A DNA stretch of 36,927 nt from an uncultured bacterium (GTDB taxonomy: Bacteria; Joyebacterota; Joyebacteria; Joyebacterales; Joyebacteraceae). Where the stretch lies: NCBI GenBank assembly GCA_964572375.1, contig CAZNHF010000002.1, positions 1-36,927 of the forward strand. Reading direction: 5' to 3'. The position numbers and the translations under genes were made by a program. Shown in pieces: positions 16,424-24,239 of the stretch (positions are counted from its first letter, which is position 1; each line of letters starts with the position of its first letter). A model generated the notes under the pieces. It searched no databases and was not told where the DNA came from. It worked only from the letters and a program-made list of their open reading frames with translations.

Positions 16424-17823
16424 GCTGCTCCTTCTAAGGCCAATCCCGCCGGTGCAGCCGAGGCGGGCCCTCCGAGGCGATCCGAGTCGGATACGCCTTG
16501 CGCGGCAGAGGACCCGCCAATGGCCTCTCGGGGGGAGCCCGAGCTTGAGTACGCTCTTCTGGTATTGTCAAGATCCACAGGGGCGTTCTCGTCGAAGCGC
16601 TTGACGATGACCATCGTGAGGTCATCGGCCTGCGCAGCCCCAGCGGCGAAGTCGCGAATCTCTGTATAGACGTGTTCCTCGATGTCTCGGGCGCTCTTGT
16701 GGCGATGCGCGACCAGGAGATCCTCGAGCCTCTCCTCACCGAACATCTCCTCTTCGCCGTTCATCGCCTCGGTGACGCCGTCCGTGTAGAGGACGAGATC
16801 GTCGCCCGCGCAGAGCGTGACTGCCCCCTCTTCGTACTCGATACCGGGTATAACGCCGACAACGAGCCCGCCCTTGTCGAGATACTCACGATCACCGTTC
16901 GCCCGGAGCACGCACGGCGGGTTGTGCCCGGCGTTGACGTACGTAACCACCTGCGTGCGCGTGTCCAGGACGGCGTAGAAGAACGTCACAAAGACGTTGT
17001 CCGCGGTGTACCCGTGGACGAGTGTGTTGACGCGTCCGACGAGCTGGACGGCTGGGACGCCGCTCTCCGCGAGCGCCCGCACGGCCGCCTGCACATTCGC
17101 CATGAGGATGGCCGCCGGAGTGCCCTTCCCGGAGACGTCGCCGATCGTGATCGCAAGCCTGCCGCCGTCGAGCTCGATCACGTCGTAGCAGTCACCGCCG
17201 ACGTGCTTCGCAGGGACGCTGAACCCGAAGATGTCCCAACCGGGGGGCTTCGGGAACTGCTTCGGCAGAAGCTCAGTCTGAATACGGCGTGCGATGTTCA
17301 TCTCGTGTTCGAGCTTCGACCACTCGGCAACAGCGTTCTCAACCTGCGCCCTCATCTGGTCGTACATGTACGTCATCAGTCCCACAACGAGAGCCACGGC
17401 GGCGTTGATCGTCGTCACCATGACCGCGTTTTCCATCTGGTAGAGCACGATGAGCGGGTTGACCAGGATCGCGATGCCGCTGCCGATCACTCCGCCGGCG
17501 ATCAGCATTACGATCGCGAGCGGGATGCGCACGTACGCCGGGAAACCACTGACCCGTGGCAGCACGAGCTTCACCGTGATGATGGTCGTGAACACGGCGA
17601 CATTCGCAAAGACAACGCTCATCAGGACGAGCGATCTCGCCGCGCCACCTTCGGCGCCCGAGAAGAATCTGATCGCCAGACCGATTCCGGTCCCCGCAGC
17701 GCTCGCAGCGAGAGCCCAGAGGAGCACTCCTCTGAGATTGAGTCTCCTTGATGTTCCCAGGAACGAGGTTCCGCGCGTACCTGCGTTCATTGTCCTATCC
17801 TTCCGAGATTCCGGGGAAGACAC
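16420..17823 (-). CDS. Membrane-bound SpoIIE/PP2C-type serine phosphatase with an N-terminal 4-TM sensor domain
   Basis: Four predicted TM helices are followed by a coiled linker and the PP2C motifs GGDCYDVIELDGGRLAITIGDVSGKG, LYTDGVTEA and DDLTMVIVKR. The likely start is the ATG at 17790 (MNAGTRG...), 4 nt after the stop of the upstream gene. Confidence 0.85.
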   Translation of the reverse strand: MSSPESRKDRTMNAGTRGTSFLGTSRRLNLRGVLLWALAASAAGTGIGLAIRFFSGAEGGAARSLVLMSVVFANVAVFTTIITVKLVLPRVSGFPAYVRIPLAIVMLIAGGVIGSGIAILVNPLIVLYQMENAVMVTTINAAVALVVGLMTYMYDQMRAQVENAVAEWSKLEHEMNIARRIQTELLPKQFPKPPGWDIFGFSVPAKHVGGDCYDVIELDGGRLAITIGDVSGKGTPAAILMANVQAAVRALAESGVPAVQLVGRVNTLVHGYTADNVFVTFFYAVLDTRTQVVTYVNAGHNPPCVLRANGDREYLDKGGLVVGVIPGIEYEEGAVTLCAGDDLVLYTDGVTEAMNGEEEMFGEERLEDLLVAHRHKSARDIEEHVYTEIRDFAAGAAQADDLTMVIVKRFDENAPVDLDNTRRAYSSSGSPREAIGGSSAAQGVSDSDRLGGPASAAPAGLALEGAA

Positions 17824-19255
17824 TGGGAAGAGCGTTCTCGTCCGTCGGCTCGACCGGCTCGAACGCGGCCTCGAGACGCGTCTCCTTCCGCTGCAGGAGT
17901 GCGCCGAGCCCGAAGAAGATGATCACGATGCCGATGAGCGTTCCGAGGATCGGGATCGCGGTCAGGAGATAGACGATCAGAAGACCCAGAAGCATCGGCG
18001 GGACCGGCGACTTCGTCATGATCCGCTCGCCACGCCTGAGCATCCAGCTGCCGAGCCAGATGGCGAAGTAGAACTTCGAGATGTACAGAGCGATCAGATA
18101 CGCCAGCGCGAGGATGAAGCTGAACGGGATCGTTATGATCAGCACCAGCGTGATCAGGATCACGATCGGACTGCAGATGTAGGCTACGAACCCGATCCCG
18201 AGGCTCTTCAGCGGACGCGTGCGGATCTTGTTGGCGGTCCTGCACGCGTGGTCCTTCGTGAGCGCGATGATGATGACGCCGGCTATGATGGCCGCGAAGA
18301 ACCCGAAGATGTGCATGGCCAACCCGAACAGCGGACTGAAATCGAAGTCCTTGGATATTTCATCCTTCGGCTGCATGAAGGTCACGCTGCCGTGGACGAT
18401 CCCTTCGCCGATTTCGATCCGGGACGGCCCCTGGTAGATGAGATCGCCGCCGATCTGCGCACGGTCCGCGAGAGTCAGGCCTCCGTCGGTGAGAAGCTCG
18501 GCGTTCCCGTCAATACGGCCGGTCATGGTGATCGCACCCGCGCCGATGCGCGCGCTGCCCTTCACATGCCCCTGGAGAGTCACGGTGCCGGCGCCGACGA
18601 GAAGGCTGCCGTTGATGACCGCCCCCTCCTCGATGATCACGTTCGCACCGGCAACGAGCACGTCGCCGTCCACCACGCCCGAGATGCGGATGTTCTGGGC
18701 GAAGGCGCGCACGTCGTCGCCGACCCTGCCAGTGATCGTGACGTTCTCCGCGAAGCACATCAGATCCTCTGTCACGGTGCCGTCGATCGTGAGCGACTGG
18801 CACCCGACGAAGACGTCACCGTCGAGTGTCCCCATGACACTCATGCTCTGTGTCCAGAGGTAGAGGTCGTACGGGTACGACTCGTCCGGAAGGACCTCGA
18901 AGTGCTGTGACTGCGCGATGCGCATGGTATTGGCGATCGAGACACTCGTTCCGCCGGTCGGGGTGTTCGATTCGTCGATGACGTTCATTGCTCCGTCACC
19001 GAGTGCGACGCCGTCGCCCACGGCCGGGGCAGCGAGCCCCACGAGCATGGCGACTGCGATGAGCGCCACGAACGCAGTGATGTTCCGGTCCGCCTTCATT
19101 TCCCTTCCCCCTGATGTCGGCCCTCCGGGCCGTGTGTGGTGATTCCCGGGTCCCTCGTCGGCCCTTCCGGGCGGAGGAGACTCCTGTTGTATCTCACAGT
19201 GCCTATCATATGGATAAACCGGTCCGGTTCGAAGGTGTCTCCCGCCAAGCGGCAT
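17795..19255 (-). CDS. Membrane protein with a signal/anchor, a bactofilin-like beta-helix domain and a C-terminal polytopic TM domain
   Basis: The likely start is the ATG at 19099, preceded by GGAAGGGA, giving MKADRNITAFVALIAVAMLVGLAAPAVG. There are about six 17-19-aa windings: NVTITGRVGDDVRAFAQ / NIRISGVVDGDVLVAGA / NVIIEEGAVINGSLLVGAG / TVTLQGHVKGSARIGAG / AITMTGRIDGNAELLTDG. Four or five hydrophobic helices follow. Confidence 0.75.
   Translation of the reverse strand: MPLGGRHLRTGPVYPYDRHCEIQQESPPPGRADEGPGNHHTRPGGPTSGGREMKADRNITAFVALIAVAMLVGLAAPAVGDGVALGDGAMNVIDESNTPTGGTSVSIANTMRIAQSQHFEVLPDESYPYDLYLWTQSMSVMGTLDGDVFVGCQSLTIDGTVTEDLMCFAENVTITGRVGDDVRAFAQNIRISGVVDGDVLVAGANVIIEEGAVINGSLLVGAGTVTLQGHVKGSARIGAGAITMTGRIDGNAELLTDGGLTLADRAQIGGDLIYQGPSRIEIGEGIVHGSVTFMQPKDEISKDFDFSPLFGLAMHIFGFFAAIIAGVIIIALTKDHACRTANKIRTRPLKSLGIGFVAYICSPIVILITLVLIITIPFSFILALAYLIALYISKFYFAIWLGSWMLRRGERIMTKSPVPPMLLGLLIVYLLTAIPILGTLIGIVIIFFGLGALLQRKETRLEAAFEPVEPTDENALPSVFPGISEG
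19205..19235 (-). promoter_or_regulatory. Candidate promoter plus a 13-bp palindrome upstream of the beta-helix/PP2C operon
   Basis: On the minus strand, TATGAT (19210-19205) sits 17 nt after a weak TTCGAA. The perfect palindrome AACCGGTCCGGTT (19217-19229) fills the spacer. The site lies in the 290-nt gap between the LytTR regulator gene and the next gene. Confidence 0.3.
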
Positions 19256-19389
19256 CTGTCGCGGGCGAGATGACCTGAGCCGACGGTGAACTGCAGGCGT
19301 GGGAAGGGGGGCTACGGCGTTACGTGGGCGGGCCGCGGCGGAGCCCTGTGTGCATTACGAAGGGAGTATTTCGCGGACGCGAAGCTCCG

Positions 19390-20148
19390 CTACCATGGAA
19401 GTATCTCGCGGAGCCGGCGGGCCCGCGCCCGGGACAGCACAACCTCGGTCTTCGCATCGTCACCGACGATGACCTGATACTTGCCACCGAACCACGGGAC
19501 GATCTCGACGACGTGCGCGAGGTTGACAATGCTCGAACGGTGGGTCCGAAAGAACACCTTGGCGTCGAGCCGCTGCTCGAGCTCTGCCATGGTCATGTTG
19601 ATGAGGTACTTCTCGCTCTTCGTGTGGACGAAGACGAGTTCATCGGACGCTTCGACCCAGATCACGTCGGCATGGTCCACCAGGATGATGCGCTTGCCTT
19701 TCGTGACCGGGAGACGCTTGATGCCCATCGGCTGCACGAGTTCAGCGATGCGCCCGATGGTCTCCTCGAGACCGCTCTCCCCCTGGAGCATATCGCGCGC
19801 ACGCGAAAGCGCTTCCGCGAATCGCTCCTTCGAGATCGGCTTGAGGAGATAGTCGATCGAATTGACCTCGAACGCCTTGATCGCATATTCGTCGAACGCG
19901 GTCGCGAAGATGACGAGCGGGACCTCGTCGAGCGCTTCGATGACCTCAAAACCGTTCATCCCCGGCATCTGGATATCCAGGATCACGATGTCAGGCCTGA
20001 GCCCCTTGATGTTCTCAACGGCCGCGATGCCGTTGCCGGCCTCTCCGACGCACTCGAACTCGTCGTGTCCGGCGAGCAGGTCCTTCACGCGGGCCCGTGC
20101 GAGCTCCTCGTCATCGACCACCAGCACTCTGATCCTGTCATCGCTCAC
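19390..20148 (-). CDS. LytTR-family response regulator (REC plus LytTR DNA-binding domain)
   Basis: The REC domain reads RVLVVDDEELAR...PDIVILDIQMPGMNGFEV. The LytTR domain reads LPVTKGKRIILVDHADVIWVEASDELVFVHT...FFRTHRSSIVNLAHVVEI. The GTG start overlaps the kinase stop as GTGA. Confidence 0.9.
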   Translation of the reverse strand: MSDDRIRVLVVDDEELARARVKDLLAGHDEFECVGEAGNGIAAVENIKGLRPDIVILDIQMPGMNGFEVIEALDEVPLVIFATAFDEYAIKAFEVNSIDYLLKPISKERFAEALSRARDMLQGESGLEETIGRIAELVQPMGIKRLPVTKGKRIILVDHADVIWVEASDELVFVHTKSEKYLINMTMAELEQRLDAKVFFRTHRSSIVNLAHVVEIVPWFGGKYQVIVGDDAKTEVVLSRARARRLREILPW

Positions 20149-21254
20149 GCTTCACTCCGTTCCATGGTCGTCAAGGGGATGACGAGGCGCACCGAGGTCC
20201 CCACTCCGAGCTCACTCTCGACCGTCAGCCACTCCCCCGCCCCGAAGGTGGTGCGAAGTCGGTCGCGCACGTTTCTCAGTCCGTAGCTCTCTGGCGACAG
20301 CTCGGCCAATTCCAGCTTCTCGGCGCCGACCCCGTCGTCCGAAACGAGCACGGTCAGTCTCCCGTCCTTGACCGACGCCGCGATGCGGACCACCCCGCCC
20401 TCGACCTTCGGTGATATGCCGTGACGCACGGCGTTCTCCACGATCGGCTGGAGAATGAGCGGCGGGACGCTGACGTCTCCGGCGCCCGGCGCCACCTCCT
20501 GCTCCACCCTGAGCCTGTCACCGAACCGCGCCCTTTCGACGTCGAGGTAGGCGTCCACGAGTTCGAGTTCGCTCGAGAGCAGGACGCTCCCCTTCTCGGA
20601 GGCAAGCAGCGTTTTGCGGAAGATGCTCGCCAACCTCTCGAGCGTCCCCTGCGCCGCTTCGGGGTCGATGGTCGTCAGTGCGGAAATCGAATTGAGAGCG
20701 TTGAACAGGAAGTGCGGATTGATCTGCGCCTTCAGAGCCTTGAGCTCCGAGCGCGCCGCGAGTTCGCGGAGTCGCTCCTCGCGCACGCGATTGGCGGCCA
20801 GCTCACGATAGGTCCGTTCGATCTCGTCCCTCATGCGTTCGAAATTGTAGACGATGAGGCCGACGATGACCGCGAGGAAGCTGTCGATGACGATGACGAT
20901 GGCCGCCATCCGGCCCTGGTAGAGGATGAACACGGGATCGGCGTAGATGACGAGTGCCGATCCGAACGCGCCACCCGCCAGCAGCGTCAGGACGGCGAGC
21001 GGGATGCTGACAACCGGCGGGAAGGCTGCATAGCGTGGGAGCACGAACCGCGCCGAGAGCACCGCTGCAAAGCCCACCGCGTTCGCAAACAGAATGCTCA
21101 GGCGCGTCGAGTTCGCGATGGCCGCGGTCTCCCCGGAGAAGACGCCGATGGCGAGACCCACGAGCGCCCCGGAAACGGAGAAGGCAAGCGCCCATCGTAT
21201 GAGACTCAGGACGGTCAGCCGCCCGGCCTGGGAGCGTGTCGCGTTCTGGTTCAT
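20145..21254 (-). CDS. LytS-type sensor histidine kinase (4-TM sensor, His_kinase/PF06580-type phosphoacceptor, HATPase_c)
   Basis: Motifs: QINPHFLFNALNSI, PPLILQPIVENAVRHG and GYGLRNVRDRL. There are four N-terminal TM helices. The ATG overlaps the PBP4 stop as ATGA. Confidence 0.9.
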   Translation of the reverse strand: MNQNATRSQAGRLTVLSLIRWALAFSVSGALVGLAIGVFSGETAAIANSTRLSILFANAVGFAAVLSARFVLPRYAAFPPVVSIPLAVLTLLAGGAFGSALVIYADPVFILYQGRMAAIVIVIDSFLAVIVGLIVYNFERMRDEIERTYRELAANRVREERLRELAARSELKALKAQINPHFLFNALNSISALTTIDPEAAQGTLERLASIFRKTLLASEKGSVLLSSELELVDAYLDVERARFGDRLRVEQEVAPGAGDVSVPPLILQPIVENAVRHGISPKVEGGVVRIAASVKDGRLTVLVSDDGVGAEKLELAELSPESYGLRNVRDRLRTTFGAGEWLTVESELGVGTSVRLVIPLTTMERSEA

Positions 21255-22873
21255 GAAGCCCTCTTCTGGTGCGCGTGCATCAGGATCGCGTGCTCCACAT
21301 CATGCACTTTCCATGCCTCGCACTTCGACCCGTTGGTAATGATCGAGAAAACGAGCCGCTCGCCCGATGCGGTCTCCATGACGCCCGATATCGCCGTCAC
21401 ACCGTCGAGAAGCCCTGTCTTGGCCCGGATGACGCCCCCGAGCCCGCCGTAACCCATCCGGTCGGAGAGCGTGCCGTCTGTTCCGCTCACACTGAGAGAC
21501 GCCAGGAATTCAGGGAAGGTCGCGAATTCGCTCGCGGCGCTTCTGATAACGGCCGCAATGGCCCGGGTCGTGATGCGGTTGCCGCGCGAGTACCCTGAGC
21601 CATCCGCGATCCGAATACCGGTTGTGTCGGCGCCGACAGATGCGATGTGCCTCAGCAGCGCCTTGCATCCAGCCGCGGTCGTCCCCGGCTCGCCGGTCGC
21701 CTCGGCGCCCAGCGTCTTTGCGAGCTGCTCGGCCACGAAGTTGTTGCTGTACTTGCCCATGTCGCGGACGATGAGCGAGAGCGGCTTCGATCTGTGAACG
21801 AAGAGCACACGCGCGCCCTCGGGAGCCGACCCGGGGCGCAACCCTCCGGAGAACTCGATCCCCGCCGACGCAAGAGCCGTCTCGATAGAGGCCACAAAAT
21901 TCCAGAGCGGGTCGTCGATGCTGCGGTACGCGACGACTCCCTCCCCGCCCTCGGGAATGCGTCCGCTCGTGACGATGAGGTTGTCCATCGATGGCCACTC
22001 GCCGTTGGCGCGCGGCGTCCCCATGAAGACGGACTGACGCCTGACTTCGATCGTTCCGTTCCGTCCGGGAGCGCAGGTCGTCGCGTGGTTGTCGACCCGC
22101 ACGAACCCGACGTCCGGCGAGATTATCACGGTCGCAGGGTCACCGCTCTCGGGCCCCGGGACCACGTGGACCCGCACGGTGTTGAAGTTGGCCGATAGAG
22201 CGCCCGTCCGCGCGTGGTAGGCGCGGTCGCCCTCCGCGACCTCCTCCGAGGTCGTCCACTCGCGGTCGAAGTACGAGGTGTCGAACACGAGATCGCCCTC
22301 GATGCGCTCGACGCCGAGCGTACGGAACCGTTCGGCGATCTGCCAGAGCTGCTCCGAAACGATGGAGGGATCGCCGCTCCCGTGGATGAACACGTCACCA
22401 CGCAGGACGGGAGTGATCGTCGTGGCGTTCGTTGCGAAGACGGTTTCGTACACATAGTCCGCCCCGAGCTCCGCGAGCGCGGCTGCGGCAGTGACGACCT
22501 TCATATTGGAGGCAGGTATCATCAGAGCATCGGCGTTCCGCGCGTACAGGAGATCACCGGTGTCGAGCGACTCGATGACGATGGCGATGGCGGTTCCGCG
22601 AAGATCCGGCTTCGCGAGCAGCGAATCGACGACCCAGTCGAGGCCCTCAAGCGGGGCGGAGTCGCTCCTGACGGCGGTGACGTCCGTGGAGCCGGCCTTC
22701 CCGGCGGCGTCCGCAACGACCCCATCCGACGCGGCATCCGCGCCTCCTGCATCCGACGCAGTGGCGTCCGCGCCTCCTGCGTGGAGACATACGACTGTCA
22801 GCAGGAGCACGAGCACCGTCACCAGACGGTGGCTTTTCGTGGTGAGCATCATCAGAAGCCTGTGGTTCATCAT
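21251..22873 (-). CDS. dacB: D-alanyl-D-alanine carboxypeptidase/endopeptidase, PBP4 (peptidase S13)
   Basis: The 540-aa ORF has a signal peptide. SxxK appears in PASNMKVVTAAAAL, and GSGDPS and KTG (IRAKTGLL) are present. A low-complexity GGADA/ASD segment follows the signal peptide. Confidence 0.9.
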   Translation of the reverse strand: MMNHRLLMMLTTKSHRLVTVLVLLLTVVCLHAGGADATASDAGGADAASDGVVADAAGKAGSTDVTAVRSDSAPLEGLDWVVDSLLAKPDLRGTAIAIVIESLDTGDLLYARNADALMIPASNMKVVTAAAALAELGADYVYETVFATNATTITPVLRGDVFIHGSGDPSIVSEQLWQIAERFRTLGVERIEGDLVFDTSYFDREWTTSEEVAEGDRAYHARTGALSANFNTVRVHVVPGPESGDPATVIISPDVGFVRVDNHATTCAPGRNGTIEVRRQSVFMGTPRANGEWPSMDNLIVTSGRIPEGGEGVVAYRSIDDPLWNFVASIETALASAGIEFSGGLRPGSAPEGARVLFVHRSKPLSLIVRDMGKYSNNFVAEQLAKTLGAEATGEPGTTAAGCKALLRHIASVGADTTGIRIADGSGYSRGNRITTRAIAAVIRSAASEFATFPEFLASLSVSGTDGTLSDRMGYGGLGGVIRAKTGLLDGVTAISGVMETASGERLVFSIITNGSKCEAWKVHDVEHAILMHAHQKRAS

Positions 22874-22897
22874 GTCTCCTCGTCCAGCCTTGTTGAC

Positions 22898-23458
22898 TCA
22901 GACGTCGCGGACGTCCGGGCCTTCGGTTCTGTTGAGCACGGCCGTGACCGAACTCCTGAAGTCATCCATATCGACGGCAAGCCCCGGACACTCCTTGCGC
23001 TGCACGCACTCTCCGTTCTCGATGACATAGCCTGTGCCTTCGAGTTCGCGATGGCCGAGCACGCGGTCCGGCGTAAGCCCGAGTTCGCGCACGAGACGTG
23101 CGCAGAGCTCGGCCGCGGCTCTGAGCTGCCCGCGCGGCGGCGGCTCGTCGCATGCGTCGTACGCCATGCAGACGCCGATCGACCGGTCGTTCCAGGGGCC
23201 GACGTGCCACGAACGGATGCCGGGTGGCAAGCAGCGGTACATGAGCCCATCGGGCTCAATGAAGTAGGCGTACGCGATGGTCGGACATCCGGTTTCACAA
23301 ATGTGGTTCGGCCCGGTGTGGTAGCGTGCGGTCTCCCACACGTTCCAACCGGACATCGCGGTACAGTGAAGCACCACCGTATCGATCCCGTCAGGATCCC
23401 GCGTCTCGGGCTCCCCGTTCACGGGGAGGACGGGCGTGATGTCGTGAAGCCACCGCAT
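22898..23458 (-). CDS. ampD: N-acetylmuramoyl-L-alanine amidase (amidase_2/PGRP fold), AmpD-like
   Basis: The protein is 186 aa with no signal peptide. Motifs: IDTVVLHCTA, HVGPWNDRSIGV and VLGHRELEGTG. The ATG directly abuts the stop of the upstream HAD gene. Confidence 0.75.
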   Translation of the reverse strand: MRWLHDITPVLPVNGEPETRDPDGIDTVVLHCTAMSGWNVWETARYHTGPNHICETGCPTIAYAYFIEPDGLMYRCLPPGIRSWHVGPWNDRSIGVCMAYDACDEPPPRGQLRAAAELCARLVRELGLTPDRVLGHRELEGTGYVIENGECVQRKECPGLAVDMDDFRSSVTAVLNRTEGPDVRDV

Positions 23459-24148
23459 CTATTTGCCTTCCCAGCTCTCCACGAGCGGCGCAAGTTCATC
23501 GAACGAATGGATGATCTGATCGGCGCCGTTGAACTCGCCGTTCGATGCAAATCCCCAGTCGCAGCCGATGGACCATGTACCGGCGCTCTTCGCCGCTGCG
23601 ATGTCGGAGCTTCTGTCACCGACCATCACGGCCCGCTTCGGCCAGACGTCGAGCGTCGTGAGGATGCCGAGGATGAGATCCGCCTTGTTGAGCGTACCGC
23701 GCTCGCCTGCGCACCACGTCTCCGAGAAGTACGACCTCAGGTCGAACGTGTCCAGAACGAAGTGCATGTAGCCCGTTCCTGCGTTCGTAGCAACGCCAAG
23801 AAGATAGCCGGCATCACGCAGCCTCTGGAGTCCCTCGAAGACGCCCGGGAAGAGCGAACCCTTCCCGCCGGCGATGAGCTCGTGCTCCCAGTGCCAGATG
23901 AGGTCGCCCATCTCGTTCACGTGTTCCTCCGGCAGCATCGGAAGCACGCCCGTCACGTAGTTCTCGCGTGTGTTTCCGACTCCGCCCATGATCTCGTCGG
24001 GGGTCGGACGCGGGATCCTCAGGCCATGTCGCTCATTGATGTCGCGCACGGCCATCTCGACCGCGCCGACCGTCGTTGCTGTCGATGAGTAGATGGTGCC
24101 GTCAAGATCGAGGATAACGAGGTCGAGTGCGCGGATGTTCTTCTCCAA
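23459..24148 (-). CDS. HAD-IA family phosphatase (phosphoglycolate phosphatase-like)
   Basis: Motifs: LVILDLDGTIYSS (DxDGT), GVATNAG and VMVGDRSSDIAAAKSAG. The longest ORF starts at 24292 and overlaps the upstream gene by 53 nt with an Arg/Gly/Ser-rich leader. I prefer the TTG at 24148, which is preceded by GGAGA, but the start is uncertain. Confidence 0.75.
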   Translation of the reverse strand: MEKNIRALDLVILDLDGTIYSSTATTVGAVEMAVRDINERHGLRIPRPTPDEIMGGVGNTRENYVTGVLPMLPEEHVNEMGDLIWHWEHELIAGGKGSLFPGVFEGLQRLRDAGYLLGVATNAGTGYMHFVLDTFDLRSYFSETWCAGERGTLNKADLILGILTTLDVWPKRAVMVGDRSSDIAAAKSAGTWSIGCDWGFASNGEFNGADQIIHSFDELAPLVESWEGK

Positions 24149-24239
24149 TGCTGTCTCCGATGTCTGAATGTTGTGCGGCTGCGACGCGGCTGCGAATCTC
24201 CCGGAACGCGCGGTGCACGAATCCGTCCCCACGCCTCGG

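Noticed and set aside
22700-22790. An imperfect repeat of about 30 nt (tccgcgcctcctgc twice) near the 5' end of dacB, considered as a variable tandem repeat
   Set aside because: There are only two diverged copies, and they simply encode the low-complexity GGADA/ASD spacer after the signal peptide. There is no evidence of contingency-locus behaviour.
22214-24088. A 624-aa plus-strand ORF. Similar long plus-strand ORFs occur at 5759-6883, 11110-12210, 16672-17751, 17450-18910, 19324-20286, 20421-21452, 24928-27009, 28973-30091, 30025-31527, 31998-32981, 32384-33499 and 33496-34155.
   Set aside because: All lie antisense to minus-strand genes that carry unambiguous family motifs (PBP4, AmpD, HAD, C25, PP2C, LytS/LytTR, MATE, NagZ, AnmK, MurQ and others). 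Their translations are Arg/Pro/Gly/Asp/His-rich low-complexity strings with no recognisable motifs. This is typical of stop-poor shadow frames in high-GC DNA.
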